The notes under the pieces were generated by a model that made no database searches, was not told the DNA's origin, and saw only the letters and a list, made by a program, of their open reading frames with translations. A program made the position numbers and the translations under genes. A DNA stretch of 63,960 nt, counting the filler, from Lama guanicoe (taxonomy: Eukaryota): the NCBI GenBank assembly GCA_013239625.1. It is 78 parts of 76 records of this genome, joined end to end, with 100 filler letters (N's around TTAATTAATTAA, not from the genome) between each part and the next. Parts side by side here need not be neighbours in the genome. Positions count along the whole stretch, not along the records: positions 49,722 to 50,714 come from PNXV01026026.1; positions 50,815 to 51,662 come from MU057274.1; positions 51,763 to 53,159 come from MU057275.1; positions 53,260 to 53,750 come from PNXV01026036.1; positions 53,851 to 54,539 come from PNXV01026037.1; positions 54,640 to 55,193 come from PNXV01026038.1; positions 55,294 to 56,004 come from PNXV01026040.1; positions 56,105 to 56,930 come from MU057278.1; 70 more parts are not named here. One strand, given 5' to 3'. Of the stretch, positions 50,637 through 62,547 are shown piece after piece (within the stretch, counting starts at the first letter, position 1; each line of letters opens with the position of its first letter).

Positions 50637-50814
50637 TTAATATAATTTTTTCCACAGCTATTTTACTAATCTGCATGATTTTGAACACTGCAGCTTCAAA
50701 TGCTGCTTTGGCAGNNNNNNNNNNNNNNNNNNNNNNNNNNNNNNNNNNNNNNNNNNNNTTAATTAATTAANNNNNNNNNNNNNNNNNNNNNNNNNNNNNN
50801 NNNNNNNNNNNNNN

Positions 50815-51662
50815 ACCCAGAATTTAGATTATGGAATGCAGAACACAGAATTTAGAATATAGATAACCGAATATTGAATATAGAATATGAATATACAATG
50901 TAAAACACAGAATTTAGAATATAGAATACAGAATACTGAATATAGAATTTAGAATATACAACGTAGAACACAGAATATAGAATATAGAATACAGAATACT
51001 GAATATAGAATTTAGAATATACAACGTAGAACACAGAATATAGAATATAGAATACAGAATACTGAATATAGAATTTAGAATATACAACGTAGAACACAGA
51101 ATATAGAATATAGAATACAGAATACTGAATATAGAATTTAGAATATACAACGTAGAACACAGAATATAGAATATAGAATACAGAATACTGAATATAGATT
51201 TTAGAATATAGAATGTAGAACACAGAATGTAGAATATAGTCTACGGAATACAGAATATAATATATAGAATATAGAATGATGAACACAAAACATAGAATAT
51301 AGAATAGAAGAAATAGAACCCAGTATTTATAACATGGAATGTAGAACACAGAATTTAGAATATAGAATACCGAATACTAAATATAGAATATGAATATACA
51401 ATGTAGAACACAGAATTTAGAATATAGNNNNNNNNNNNNNNNNNNNNNNNNNNNNNNNNNNNNNNNNNNNNNNNNNNNNNNNNNNNNNNNNNNNNNNNNN
51501 NNNNNNNNNNNNNNNNNNNNNNNNNNNNNNNNNNNNNNNNNNNNNNNNGAATATAGAAAATGCAGAATATAGAATATAGTATATAGAATGTTGAATCCAA
51601 GGTATAGAATATAGAATAGAAATTATAGAACCCAGAATTTAGAAAATGGAAAGCAGAATTCA
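50815..51662 (+). repeat. Satellite B with a 63-bp higher-order repeat
   Basis: ACGTAG anchor at 50961, 51024, 51087, 51150. Confidence 0.96.
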
Positions 51663-51779
51663 NNNNNNNNNNNNNNNNNNNNNNNNNNNNNNNNNNNNNN
51701 NNNNNNTTAATTAATTAANNNNNNNNNNNNNNNNNNNNNNNNNNNNNNNNNNNNNNNNNNNNGGCTCCCTCCTAGTTAC

Positions 51780-52023
51780 CTGTGACCATGAGTACTGGTG
51801 CAGTTGGAGACCGAAGCTGTGTGACCACTGAGATGCAGTTTCTTCTGGGATCTCTGAGCCTGTGGACTCAGATACCCTAGTAAGTAGGCCTTGGTTACAG
51901 GCACCGAAATTGCTCTTCCCTCAGTTGAGCCTCCTTTATGTGTTTTAGCCCACCAAACTTCAGCTTTACACATGCGTTCTGGAGTATTGTTTTGTGATGT
52001 AGTCATTTTTGTTGAGATGTGAA
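51780..52023 (-). other. Candidate internal exon (244 nt), gene not identified
   Basis: Acceptor TTTTTATCTCTCCCCTTACAACTTCAG| and donor CAG|GTAACT; one frame open throughout (HISTKMTTSQNNTPERMCKAEVWWAKTHK...STHGH). Confidence 0.3.
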
Positions 52024-52602
52024 CTGAAGTTGTAAGGGGAGAGATAAAAATAGTTTAAACTTATGTCACTTTTTTCAAAGAATATACATTTTCATTTAAA
52101 AGCTTAAATTCTAATTAGGACATTATAAGAACANNNNNNNNNNNNNNNNNNNNNNNNNNNNNNNNNNNNNNNNNNNNNNNNNNNNNNNNNNNNNNNNNNN
52201 NNNNNNNNNNNNNNNNNNNNNNNNNNNNNNNNNNNNNNNNNNNNNNNNNNNNNNNNNNNNNNNNNNNNNNNNNNNNNNNNNNNNNNNNNNNNNNNNNNNN
52301 NNNNNNNNNNNNNNNNNNNNNNNNNNNNNNNNNNNNNNNNNNNNNNNNNNNNNNNNNNNNNNNNNNNNNNNNNNNNNNNNNNNNNNNNNNNNNNNNNNNN
52401 NNNNNNNNNNNNNNNNNNNNNNNNNNNNNNNNNNNNNNNNNNNNNNNNNNNNNNNNNNNNNNNNNNNNNNNNNNNNNNNNNNNNNNNNNNNNNNNNNNNN
52501 NNNNNNNNNNNNNNNNNNNNNNNNNNNNNNNNNNNNNNNNNNNNNNNNNNNNNNNNNNNNNNNNNNNNNNNNNNNNNNNNNNNNNNNNNNNNNNNNNNNN
52601 NN

Positions 52603-53159
52603 ATTTTTTGATATGACAATGACTAAGTATTTATTATGTTATCTATATCTCACATCTACTTCAGCCAATCATCTGTTGATGGGCAGTTGAGTTGTGTATT
52701 TATCCTGGGCTATTTTAAATGATGATGTTAAGAACATTGGGGGTAATATATCCTTTAAAGTCAATGTTTTCATGTTTTTACAGATTTATGTCAAAAACTG
52801 GAATTGCTGTAACATATAATACTACTATTTCTAGTTTTCTGTGCACTGTTTACACTTTTATATTAGTGGATGAATCAATTAATGTTTCCACCAACATGCA
52901 CCTGGGTTCCCTTTTATCAACATTCTTATTAATGTTTGTCATTTGAAGACTTTTTTAATAGCCATTTTGTTTGCTGTGAGATTATATTTCATTCTGGTTT
53001 TATTTAAGATTTCCTAATGAATAGCAATGTTATGTTTCTTTTTACGTAAATGAAAATCACCCACATGTCTGTTTTTGAAAAGTTTACATGAAGATTCTTA
53101 AACTGTTTAAAGTTGGGGCCTGTGTTTTAAAATATTGACTCTAATATGCTACATATATA
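52603..53159 (-). mobile_element. Old LINE-1 ORF2 3' region, decayed
   Basis: CATCTGTTGATGGGCAGTT..GGAATTGCTG..ATAGCCATTTTG antisense L1 text. Confidence 0.8.
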
Positions 53160-53499
53160 NNNNNNNNNNNNNNNNNNNNNNNNNNNNNNNNNNNNNNNNN
53201 NNNTTAATTAATTAANNNNNNNNNNNNNNNNNNNNNNNNNNNNNNNNNNNNNNNNNNNNAATGTCTTAAGTGTTAAAAGTCTACTTTATATGGGATTTTA
53301 ATGTTAATATAATGGATTTTACAATTTCCACATTAAGCTCTAAGAGTTGGTAAAATAATATATAATACAGAAAGAAAATGAAATATAATAAAATTTTAGT
53401 ATATGTGCTGCCAAAGCGAGCACAGTAAAATTTAATTATTTGAAAAATAGGAGAAAAGAAATAAAGGCATATAAAACAATATTTGGACAAAAAAAGTGC

Positions 53500-53750
53500 A
53501 AATAAGGTGGTAGCTATGCCACACATATCTGTAATCACCTTAAAGATAAATGAGTAAAATTATCCAGTTAAAACTCTAGCCTTATCAGACTAGATTTTAC
53601 AATAAATCTATTATAAGCTTCTTACAAGATATATCCTTTAACTATAAAGCTACAGGTAGAGGGTGAAAATAAAAATATTGCAAAAGATATATGTTGCAAA
53701 AACAAAATGAAGGAGAGCTGGGACAATGTACAAGAGACAGAATATTTTCT
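53500..53750 (+). mobile_element. Old LINE-1 ORF2 start (endonuclease)
   Basis: GTAATCACCTTAAAGATAAATGAGTAAAATTATCCAGTTAAAA..CAGACTAGAT..AAAAGATATAT. Confidence 0.6.
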
Positions 53751-53850
53751 NNNNNNNNNNNNNNNNNNNNNNNNNNNNNNNNNNNNNNNNNNNNTTAATT
53801 AATTAANNNNNNNNNNNNNNNNNNNNNNNNNNNNNNNNNNNNNNNNNNNN

Positions 53851-54539
53851 TATATTCTGGGTACTACTCTCTTATTAGATACATGCTTTGCAAAATTTTC
53901 TCCTATTCTCACATTGTCTTTTCACTATAGATTTTTTAAACATTAAAACAATTTCTTTACAGGGGAGGTAATTAGATGTATTGATTTATTCTATTTTTCT
54001 TGCTAAGCACACACTCTATCACTTGAGATACCCATTTCCCCTAAGATACCCATTTCCCCTGTCATTTCACTTTTTTGATGATGTCCTTTGTAAGAAAAGG
54101 GTTTTAATTTTGATGAAGTCCAGTTTATCTGCTTTTTCCTTCTTTCACTTGTGCTCTTCATACTGTAACTACAAAACCAAAGCCTATGGTAAGATCACAA
54201 AAATTTATACTCTTCTTTTAGAAAGATTATAGGTTTAGTTTTTACGTTTCTGTCTGTGGTCTATTTTGAATTAATTTTTATTTGTTATATAAAATATGGC
54301 TGTCCAGATTCCAGATTGATCCTTTTGCCTGCAGATACCCAGCTGTCCCTGCACCATTTGTTGAATAGACTATTCTTTCAATGGAGTGTTGTTGGCACCC
54401 TTGTGGAAAACTGTCTGTAAATGTAAGTTTTTTCCCCCTGGGATTTTATTGTGTCTCATAGATTTATTTATCCAAATTTATGCCAGCACAATACTGACTT
54501 GTGTACTATAGCTTTTTAGTACCCTTTAAAGTGAGTCCT
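53851..54539 (-). mobile_element. Old LINE-1 ORF2 fragment interrupted by a SINE
   Basis: TTTTAATTTTGATGAAGTCCAGTTTATC and GCACCATTTGTTGAATAGACT. Confidence 0.85.
53929..54059 (-). mobile_element. Vic-1-type SINE with internal deletion
   Basis: Minus strand GGGGAAATGGGTATCTCAAGTGATAGAGTGTGTGCTTAGCA joined directly to AAAAATAGAATAAATCAATACATCTAATTACCTCCCC; TSD TGTCTTTTCACT / TGTCATTTCACT. Confidence 0.75.
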
Positions 54540-54639
54540 NNNNNNNNNNNNNNNNNNNNNNNNNNNNNNNNNNNNNNNNNNNNTTAATTAATTAANNNNN
54601 NNNNNNNNNNNNNNNNNNNNNNNNNNNNNNNNNNNNNNN

Positions 54640-55193
54640 TAAGTGTGTTTCCTAGTGCCGGTTTGAAGTTCCTGCAGTTTTCACTGTAGTACAGCCCTGG
54701 ATCTTGTACCTCCCCATATATATGTATGGACTGGATTTTGCAACTGAAGAGAAACTTTGTGTTCCCAACAAGCTAGGTGAAGGACGGCTTTCACACATGC
54801 TTAACTCTCAGAACTGATCATGTGGAGAGACTTTCGTTCATCTAGCACAAAAGGAACGTGTTGCAGTAGAAACTCTCACTCTGTTTCTCAGTGTGTTTCC
54901 TAGTGCCGGTTTGAAGTTCCTGCAGTTTACACTGTAAAACTGCCTTGGATGTGGTACCTGACCATATATTTGTATGGAGTGGAGTTTGCAACTGAAGAGA
55001 AACTTTGTGTTCTCAACAAGCTAGGTGAAGGACGGCTTTCACACATGCTTAACTCTCACAACTGAGCATGTGGAGAGACGTTCGTTCATCTAGCACAAAG
55101 GGAACGGGTTGCAAGTGAAATACTGAATGAAATACTGACTCTGGTTTCTCATTATATTTCCCAGTGCCGGTTTGAAGTTCCTGCAGGTTTCAC
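54640..55193 (-). repeat. Satellite C (reverse orientation)
   Basis: TAGTGCCGGTTTGAAGTTCCTGCAG at 54653 and 54901 (248 bp apart). Confidence 0.96.
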
Positions 55194-55293
55194 NNNNNNN
55201 NNNNNNNNNNNNNNNNNNNNNNNNNNNNNNNNNNNNNTTAATTAATTAANNNNNNNNNNNNNNNNNNNNNNNNNNNNNNNNNNNNNNNNNNNN

Positions 55294-56004
55294 AGCTTGT
55301 TGGTAACGCACAGTTTCTTTTCAGTGGGAAAATACACGACATATATATATATATGAGGAGGTACTAGCTCCAACTCGGTTTTACAGAGAAAACTGCATGA
55401 ACTTCAAACTGACACTAAGAAACATACTGAGTGGTTAATGCTACATTAACGAACGAGTCTCCACATGCTCAATTCTGAGAGTTGAATGTGCGTGTAATCG
55501 GAAAATTACCTACCTTGCTGGGAACACACAGTTTCTTTTCAACTGGAATCTAAATTTTATCTATATGGCTAGATACTAGCACCAACCTGGTTTTACAGTG
55601 AAAACTGAATGAACTTCAAACCGGACCAAGGAAAAATAATGAGAAACCAGACTAAGTGTTTCTACTTCAACCCCTTTCTTTCATCCTTGATGAACCTAAC
55701 GCTTCTCTCCATGCTCAGTTCTGAGAGTTGTATGTGTGCAAAAGCCATCTTTTAATTAGCTTGTAGGGAACACACAGTTTCTTTTGAGTGGGCAACTACA
55801 CTACATACATATATATGTGGAATTACTAGCTCCAGCTGGGTTTTACAGTGATAACTGCATGGATTTGAAACCAGCACTAAGAAACATACTGAGGAACCAG
55901 GTAAGTGTTTCAACTGCAACCCATCCCCTTCATCCTAGATGAACTAATGCTTCATCCCATGCTCAGTACTGAGAGCTGACTCTGTGCGAAGGCCATCTAT
56001 CACT
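55294..56004 (+). repeat. Satellite C, diverged variant
   Basis: GGTTTTACAG(A/T)GA(A/T)AACTG occurs three times; ATGCTCAGT(T/A)CTGAGAG motifs. Confidence 0.9.
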
Positions 56005-56104
56005 NNNNNNNNNNNNNNNNNNNNNNNNNNNNNNNNNNNNNNNNNNNNTTAATTAATTAANNNNNNNNNNNNNNNNNNNNNNNNNNNNNNNNNNNNNNNN
56101 NNNN

Positions 56105-56930
56105 TCTCGCTAATACTTGGTTTAGAGCCCAACCCCCACTTTCCCCCACTCTAGAGACTAGGCATGCCATCAGGGAAGACAAGCAAAGGGATTCTATAAG
56201 AACGCTGGCGCTGCTGTCATTTCGAAGAGCCTCCCAAAAATCAGGATACCTGAGCTCGTATCCGTGTGTGTGATGGAGGTGTGGAAACAGACTCCACGGA
56301 TCTTTATGGGGGCACAGGTGTTCCCAGGTTAGGGATGTAGTTTAAACACCTCCACTAACCATAGAGAGGTCTTCGNNNNNNNNNNNNNNNNNNNNNNNNN
56401 NNNNNNNNNNNNNNNNNNNNNNNNNNNNNNNNNNNNNNNNNNNNNNNNNNNNNNNNNNNNNNNNNNNNNNNNNNNNNNNNNNNNNNNNNNNNNNNNNNNN
56501 NNNNNNNNNNNNNNNNNNNNNNNNNNNNNNNNNNNNNNNNNNNNNNNNNNNNNNNNNNNNNNNNNNNNNNNNNNNNNNNNNNNNNNNNNNNNNNNNNNNN
56601 NNNNNNNNNTCCTCTAAGTACTTCCTCAATGGATCAGGGGGCACTCACTGCTACGTGGCCTCCAAGCCCAACCCCCAGCTTTCCCTCATGTCCTGGCCTA
56701 AAAGAACACTCAGGGAACAGAAGCTAAGGGATACTAATAGAATCCAGGTGCTGCTGTTAGTTTGAGGAACTTCCCCACGCTCAGAATAACACAACACATC
56801 TTCGTGTGTGTGCTGGATGTAGGAAAACAGTCAAAGCATATTTCAGGGGGCACATTTATAACTTGGTTGTGGGTTGTTGTATAAAAACCAACATCCCATG
56901 GATAGGCTCTAGCTAATACTTGGTTTAGAG
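56105..56930 (-). repeat. Satellite D
   Basis: GCTAATACTTGGTTTAGAG twice; GGCACAGGTGTTCCCAGGTT matches 28198-28217 reversed. Confidence 0.85.
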
Positions 56931-57030
56931 NNNNNNNNNNNNNNNNNNNNNNNNNNNNNNNNNNNNNNNNNNNNTTAATTAATTAANNNNNNNNNNNNNN
57001 NNNNNNNNNNNNNNNNNNNNNNNNNNNNNN

Positions 57031-57522
57031 CTTTTTAATTTTTATTTTATTTTTTTCAGCCTAATGATTAATGATTTCTTGTTCTACTGCCTTTAGGTTT
57101 TGTTTCTTCTTATATCTAGTTATTTTGGATGGCAAGCTTTGTCCATTCTGTGAGGTTTTTCTTTTACCTTGTAGAAGGCCTGAATTGTTTGAAACGTCCC
57201 TCTTAGATTTGCCTTTGCTGCATTCCATACATTTTATGAAGCTGTGTTTTCATTGTAATATTTTTCCAGGTATGATTTTATTACCTCTTTGATTTCATCA
57301 TTGACCTGATTTTATTTTATAGATTTCATCATTGACCTGATTTTGTTTTATTTTTTAAAGGATGTGGTTTAATCTCATGTTTGTGCTTTTCCTTTTCTTC
57401 TTTCTAGAGTTGATGCATAGATTCATAGTTTTGTGTATGGAAAAATACTTACTGTAATCCATATTTGCTTAATGTTCCTGAGGCTCATTTTATGACATAA
57501 TATGTGGTTAATTCCTTAGATA
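57031..57522 (-). mobile_element. Decayed LINE-1 ORF2 fragment
   Basis: Paralogous to 14249-14712. Confidence 0.85.
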
Positions 57523-57699
57523 NNNNNNNNNNNNNNNNNNNNNNNNNNNNNNNNNNNNNNNNNNNNTTAATTAATTAANNNNNNNNNNNNNNNNNNNNNN
57601 NNNNNNNNNNNNNNNNNNNNNNGTGGGGCTGGCTTTGTCAGTTAGTGACAGACGTGGTGGGTGGAGCAGGGTACCCGGATCTCTGTTTAGGACTTAACC

Positions 57700-58075
57700 C
57701 TGGGCACCAGTGCTTCTGTCTGGCAGCAGAGGGTTCCTCTCCCTGTAATGGGTCTTAGCTGAAAGGAACTGTTTGCCCAAGGTGTTTCACCACTCCCAGA
57801 AGCAGCCTCTGTCCAATGACTGGTTGGTGGGGAGTCTTAAAGGCCTGATTCTTTTGCCCCAATTCAAGGTAACTTTGATGTGCCATCCAGCTTCAGAGCC
57901 CATGTAGGATTGGCTAAGACCCCGGGTGCAAAAGCAACACAGTTCAGCTTCTCCCTCTGCCCAGCCAGTCCTGCTCCCCTCACTTCCTGACAAGTTGCTC
58001 TGTTGAGTGCTCCCAATAAGCCTCCTGCCCACGGATCTCCAGCCGCGGATCTCCCAGGAACTCCAACCTAACGTT
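57700..58075 (+). mobile_element. ERVL LTR (LTR16-like)
   Basis: CACAGTTCAGCTTCTCCCTCTGCCCAG..CTCCCAATAAGCCTCCTGC..CAGGAACTCCAACCTAA resembles the LTR16 3' half. Confidence 0.75.
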
Positions 58076-58200
58076 GTAGTCATACATGAAAGAGCTGGGT
58101 NNNNNNNNNNNNNNNNNNNNNNNNNNNNNNNNNNNNNNNNNNNNTTAATTAATTAANNNNNNNNNNNNNNNNNNNNNNNNNNNNNNNNNNNNNNNNNNNN

Positions 58201-58772
58201 CTGTGTTCTACATTCAATTTTTTTAATTGTTTATTAAGTATTCTGTATAGTATATTGTACATTCTGTGTCCTGTGTTCCAAATTCTAAATTCTCTATACC
58301 CTATTCTATAATCTGTGTTCTATTTCTGTATTCTAAATTTTATATTCATTATTCTGTATTCTATATTCTAAATGCTGTGTTCTGCACTCCATGTTCTCAA
58401 TTCTATATTCAGTATTATGTATTCTATAGTCTAAATTCTGTGTTCTGCATTCCATTTTCGAAATTCTGTGTTCAGTATACTGTATTATATATTCTAAACC
58501 CTGTATTCTGCATTCCATGTTCTAAATTCTAATTTCTGTATTCTTTTTTCCATATTCTATATTCTGTTTTCTAAATACTATATTCTGTATTCTATATTAT
58601 GCATTCCGTATTCTATATTCAATATTCTGTGTTCTACATTCTATACTCTGAATTCTATATTCAGTATTCCGTATAATATTCTAAATGTTTTGCATTCCTT
58701 GTTCTAAATTCTTGGTTCTATGATCTATATTCTATATTCTATATTCTGTGTCCTACATTCTATATTCTAAAT
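58201..58772 (-). repeat. Satellite B
   Basis: 7-mer array. Confidence 0.95.
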
Positions 58773-60993
58773 NNNNNNNNNNNNNNNNNNNNNNNNNNNN
58801 NNNNNNNNNNNNNNNNTTAATTAATTAANNNNNNNNNNNNNNNNNNNNNNNNNNNNNNNNNNNNNNNNNNNNTTCTCAGTCTGTTCAGAGGGCACCATTA
58901 TGAGTGGCTGTAAAGGCTGGGCTTCAGGCCTGTCCTCGCTGTGGGTTGGCGGCAGCCTCTGATGACTTGGTTTCAGCATTCTTTGTTTACTGACATGGTT
59001 GTAGTATTTTCATTCACAGACTGATTGTGGATAATCTGGAAACTTGGAAAGGAACCGAGATGGAATTACTGCAGGTNNNNNNNNNNNNNNNNNNNNNNNN
59101 NNNNNNNNNNNNNNNNNNNNNNNNNNNNNNNNNNNNNNNNNNNNNNNNNNNNNNNNNNNNNNNNNNNNNNNNNNNNNNNNNNNNNNNNNNNNNNNNNNNN
59201 NNNNNNNNNNNNNNNNNNNNNNNNNNNNNNNNNNNNNNNNNNNNNNNNNNNNNNNNNNNNNNNNNNNNNNNNNNNNNNNNNNNNNNNNNNNNNNNNNNNN
59301 NNNNNNNNNNNNNNNNNNNNNNNNNNNNNNNNNNNNNNNNNNNNNNNNNNNNNNNNNNNNNNNNNNNNNNNNNNNNNNNNNNNNNNNNNNNNNNNNNNNN
59401 NNNNNNNNNNNNNNNNNNNNNNNNNNNNNNNNNNNNNNNNNNNNNNNNNNNNNNNNNNNNGTGAATCTGTGTGCATTATAATATTCGTTTCTTCCTGGGA
59501 TTGTTGTAAGTTGTAAACAATTTTATAACACACATGAAACACTTAACAAACAGGCACTTAGCAGTGTTCACTGTGTCCGCCCACCCCGCTTAGCATGTGT
59601 CACAGCCATAAAGGTAGCATGTGCCTCTTGAGGACACACTGGTAGCCCCTTGAATAGGTTGTGAATTTGGTGATTTCCTTTAATCCTTGAAACTCTACGT
59701 GCCATGGGCAGTTATTTTCATGGACACATGAGGAATCTTAGGGTAAAGAAGACTGTGTAATTTGCCCAAAGTCAGACCATAATTTTGGGTAGGGGCCTCG
59801 GTCAGCATGGGCCCCTGGGCTTTCTGCCCTCTCCGTTCAGCCCCAGAGCCAGACGTGTGGTCGCCTGTCTCCCAGCCCAGAATATCAAGCAGGGAGCAAC
59901 ACAAACCTGGACCTGTGCTGCTTAAGTAAAAACTCCGGAGGAGAAGCAGGTACTAAAGGGATAAATGTAAAAACAGNNNNNNNNNNNNNNNNNNNNNNNN
60001 NNNNNNNNNNNNNNNNNNNNTTAATTAATTAANNNNNNNNNNNNNNNNNNNNNNNNNNNNNNNNNNNNNNNNNNNNTTACACAGTGTTTTATGCCAATTA
60101 TATCTCAATAAAAGTGGAAGAAAAATGGAAAGTGAATGGTCACTATTTCCCATAACATTTCTCATGATTGTTTCTGCAGCAAGTAAACTTGAGTCATGAT
60201 ATACTTATCCTAGGTAAAGAAACAAATAAATAAGTGATTCTAATAAATTATACATAAAGATAGAAATAAAATTAGTGTTTTATCATGCCTTAAACTTTCT
60301 TCATGTTAACAGCCCACTGCTTCTGTAGGCATCAAAATTTCACTTTGTGTATTCATCCGAGATTAGGGAATGAATACAAATTTTAATCCTGGCTGCTTTT
60401 CCTGTGAGTGATGAAGTTCACTGTCTCAGAAGTCTCATTTCCATGAGAGCATTTGTAAAAATGAAACAGGTTGCTAAAACTTTCAGAATGGTAAAATCTC
60501 AGAAATCCTACAATTCTTAACTGTTTTACNNNNNNNNNNNNNNNNNNNNNNNNNNNNNNNNNNNNNNNNNNNNTTAATTAATTAANNNNNNNNNNNNNNN
60601 NNNNNNNNNNNNNNNNNNNNNNNNNNNNNTGTAATTACTCTAATTATTTATGTTGCCTTATTTTAGTTGTAATGGCTAAATGTTTTTCCAGGTTTATTTT
60701 CTCCAATTGTAAAACTGTCTGCTCAAGCAAAGTAGATCTACCCAGTGTTTCACAATGATACCCTGTACACTTTGCCTTCCCAAAATGTTACTTTAAATAT
60801 TCTATTTGAAGAGTTTTCTCTCTCTTCTCACTCTGTGTGAACAGTGTTCATCCTTCAAAAAGCAGTCAATGCCGGTGACTCCAAAAGTGTCATTCCTCTC
60901 ACAAAAGAGTATCTGACCTTGTGACTATGCTTTTTCTCAGAAAAAAAACAAAAAAACATGAATTTGCATAATTTGTTTGGAAGTTTCTATATA

Positions 60994-61200
60994 CAGGTAT
61001 ATCTTATTTTATTGTGCTTCACTTAACGGTACTTTGCAGATATTGAGTTTTTTCCTTACAAGTTGTAAGTTTGTGGCAACCTGGTCTCTGGAAGTCTATC
61101 AATGCCATTTTTCCACATTGTATCTCTCTGTCACACTTTGGTAATTTTACGAGTATTTCAAACTATTTCATTGTTATTATATTTGTTATGGTGACCTGTG
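60994..61200 (+). mobile_element. Tigger1 DNA transposon terminal fragment
   Basis: TA|CAGGTATATCTTATTTTATTGTGCTTCAC..GCAGATATTG..TTTGTGGCAACC..AAGTCTATCAATGCCATTTTTCCA; TA target site. Confidence 0.88.
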
Positions 61201-62029
61201 NNNNNNNNNNNNNNNNNNNNNNNNNNNNNNNNNNNNNNNNNNNNTTAATTAATTAANNNNNNNNNNNNNNNNNNNNNNNNNNNNNNNNNNNNNNNNNNNN
61301 GAGAGATGGACATATTTTCCAGTTGTTCCTGCTTCATGTCTACTTTGTCATCCTGACTGCTCTGTAACTTCAGGAGCAAAGTCAGATGCAAAAGGAGAAG
61401 AAAACAACTAAGCCAATGATGCTTTACAAATTCTCATAGAGCAAGGTCAAGTCTCTAAAATAAATTTCTTCTTCAAATCATTCCTTATGGTTCACTTCTC
61501 AGTTTGAACCTGCCCTGAACTTTTTGATACATGTCTTTTCCAACGTAGTAAGTGGTGAGAATTTCTGTTTACAAGAGTTGCTGAGTGCTTCCCCTGGTCA
61601 CTCCCACTCTTCTTTAGACACTGCCTTTTTTTTTTTATATTTACTTCTCATCTAAAATTTTAGTGCCAGTGTATTTTTAATAAGTGTTGATCTTTTATGA
61701 TTATGCAGCCTGCTTCTTTTTAGCTTACAATGCCTTTTCCATCTTCCCTATCTCCCACTTCANNNNNNNNNNNNNNNNNNNNNNNNNNNNNNNNNNNNNN
61801 NNNNNNTTAATTAATTAANNNNNNNNNNNNNNNNNNNNNNNNNNNNNNNNNNNNNNNNNNNNTGTTCTTAGAAACAATAATTAGCACATATATGTAAACT
61901 AAAAAAATGTGTAATGGACTATATATATGTATTTACCGCAATATACTGTGTATGTGCAAACTATAATAATTCTGTATAATAAAACTAAAGGCGGGGGGGG
62001 GGAGCCAGTGGCACCGATAAATCCCAAAT

Positions 62030-62547
62030 TTCAAATCCTGAGACCGGCCTAGTCGCCATTCATGGGGAAAGCGACACGCAGGCTGCAGGAAAACTTTCCG
62101 GAGGAGAGCGAGCGCCAGGGGAGCCGCTCTTGAGTTTCCGACGCAGGTGGCGCCCGCCCCCCACCCCATCTCCGGTTCTGGACGCTTTCCCCCTTAAAAC
62201 CCGCGGGCCCGGGGCTCTGCGCCCTGCCGCCCATCTCCACCCCTGATTCTCTCCCTGGACCCCGCCGGATCGCCTGCACTCCGCCCTACGTCTCTCCGCG
62301 CAGCACGCGCCACCGACGACCGGCGGGAGGGGGCCGAGCACCCACCTGGCCCGGCAGGCACCCACCATGCCTGCCGCCCCACACGTCGCTGGGAAGACCG
62401 CAATAATTACACCTTCCTGCTACTCTTAGCCAGCGAGACCAGAACGGCAACAGCCGCTGCTGCCTGGGGAGGCTCCTTACAGAATCCGGAGCCTCCCTCA
62501 GCAACCGCCCCTAAAAAGCCTCCGCGCTCCTCTTCCACTTGGAAAGC
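62030..62547. promoter_or_regulatory. CpG-island edge, promoter/first-exon-like; gene not identified
   Basis: Abrupt switch from AT-rich to CpG-rich sequence; CCGCCC GC boxes; possible minus-strand donor CAG|GTGGGT near 62345. Confidence 0.55.

Noticed and set aside
48749..51662. ARHGAP20-like exon, HSFY and GAA-rich satellite as a linked HSF-binding system
   Set aside because: They are separate scaffolds joined by linkers; the satellite GAA motifs are mostly direct 7-bp repeats, not the inverted nGAAn arrays of heat-shock elements
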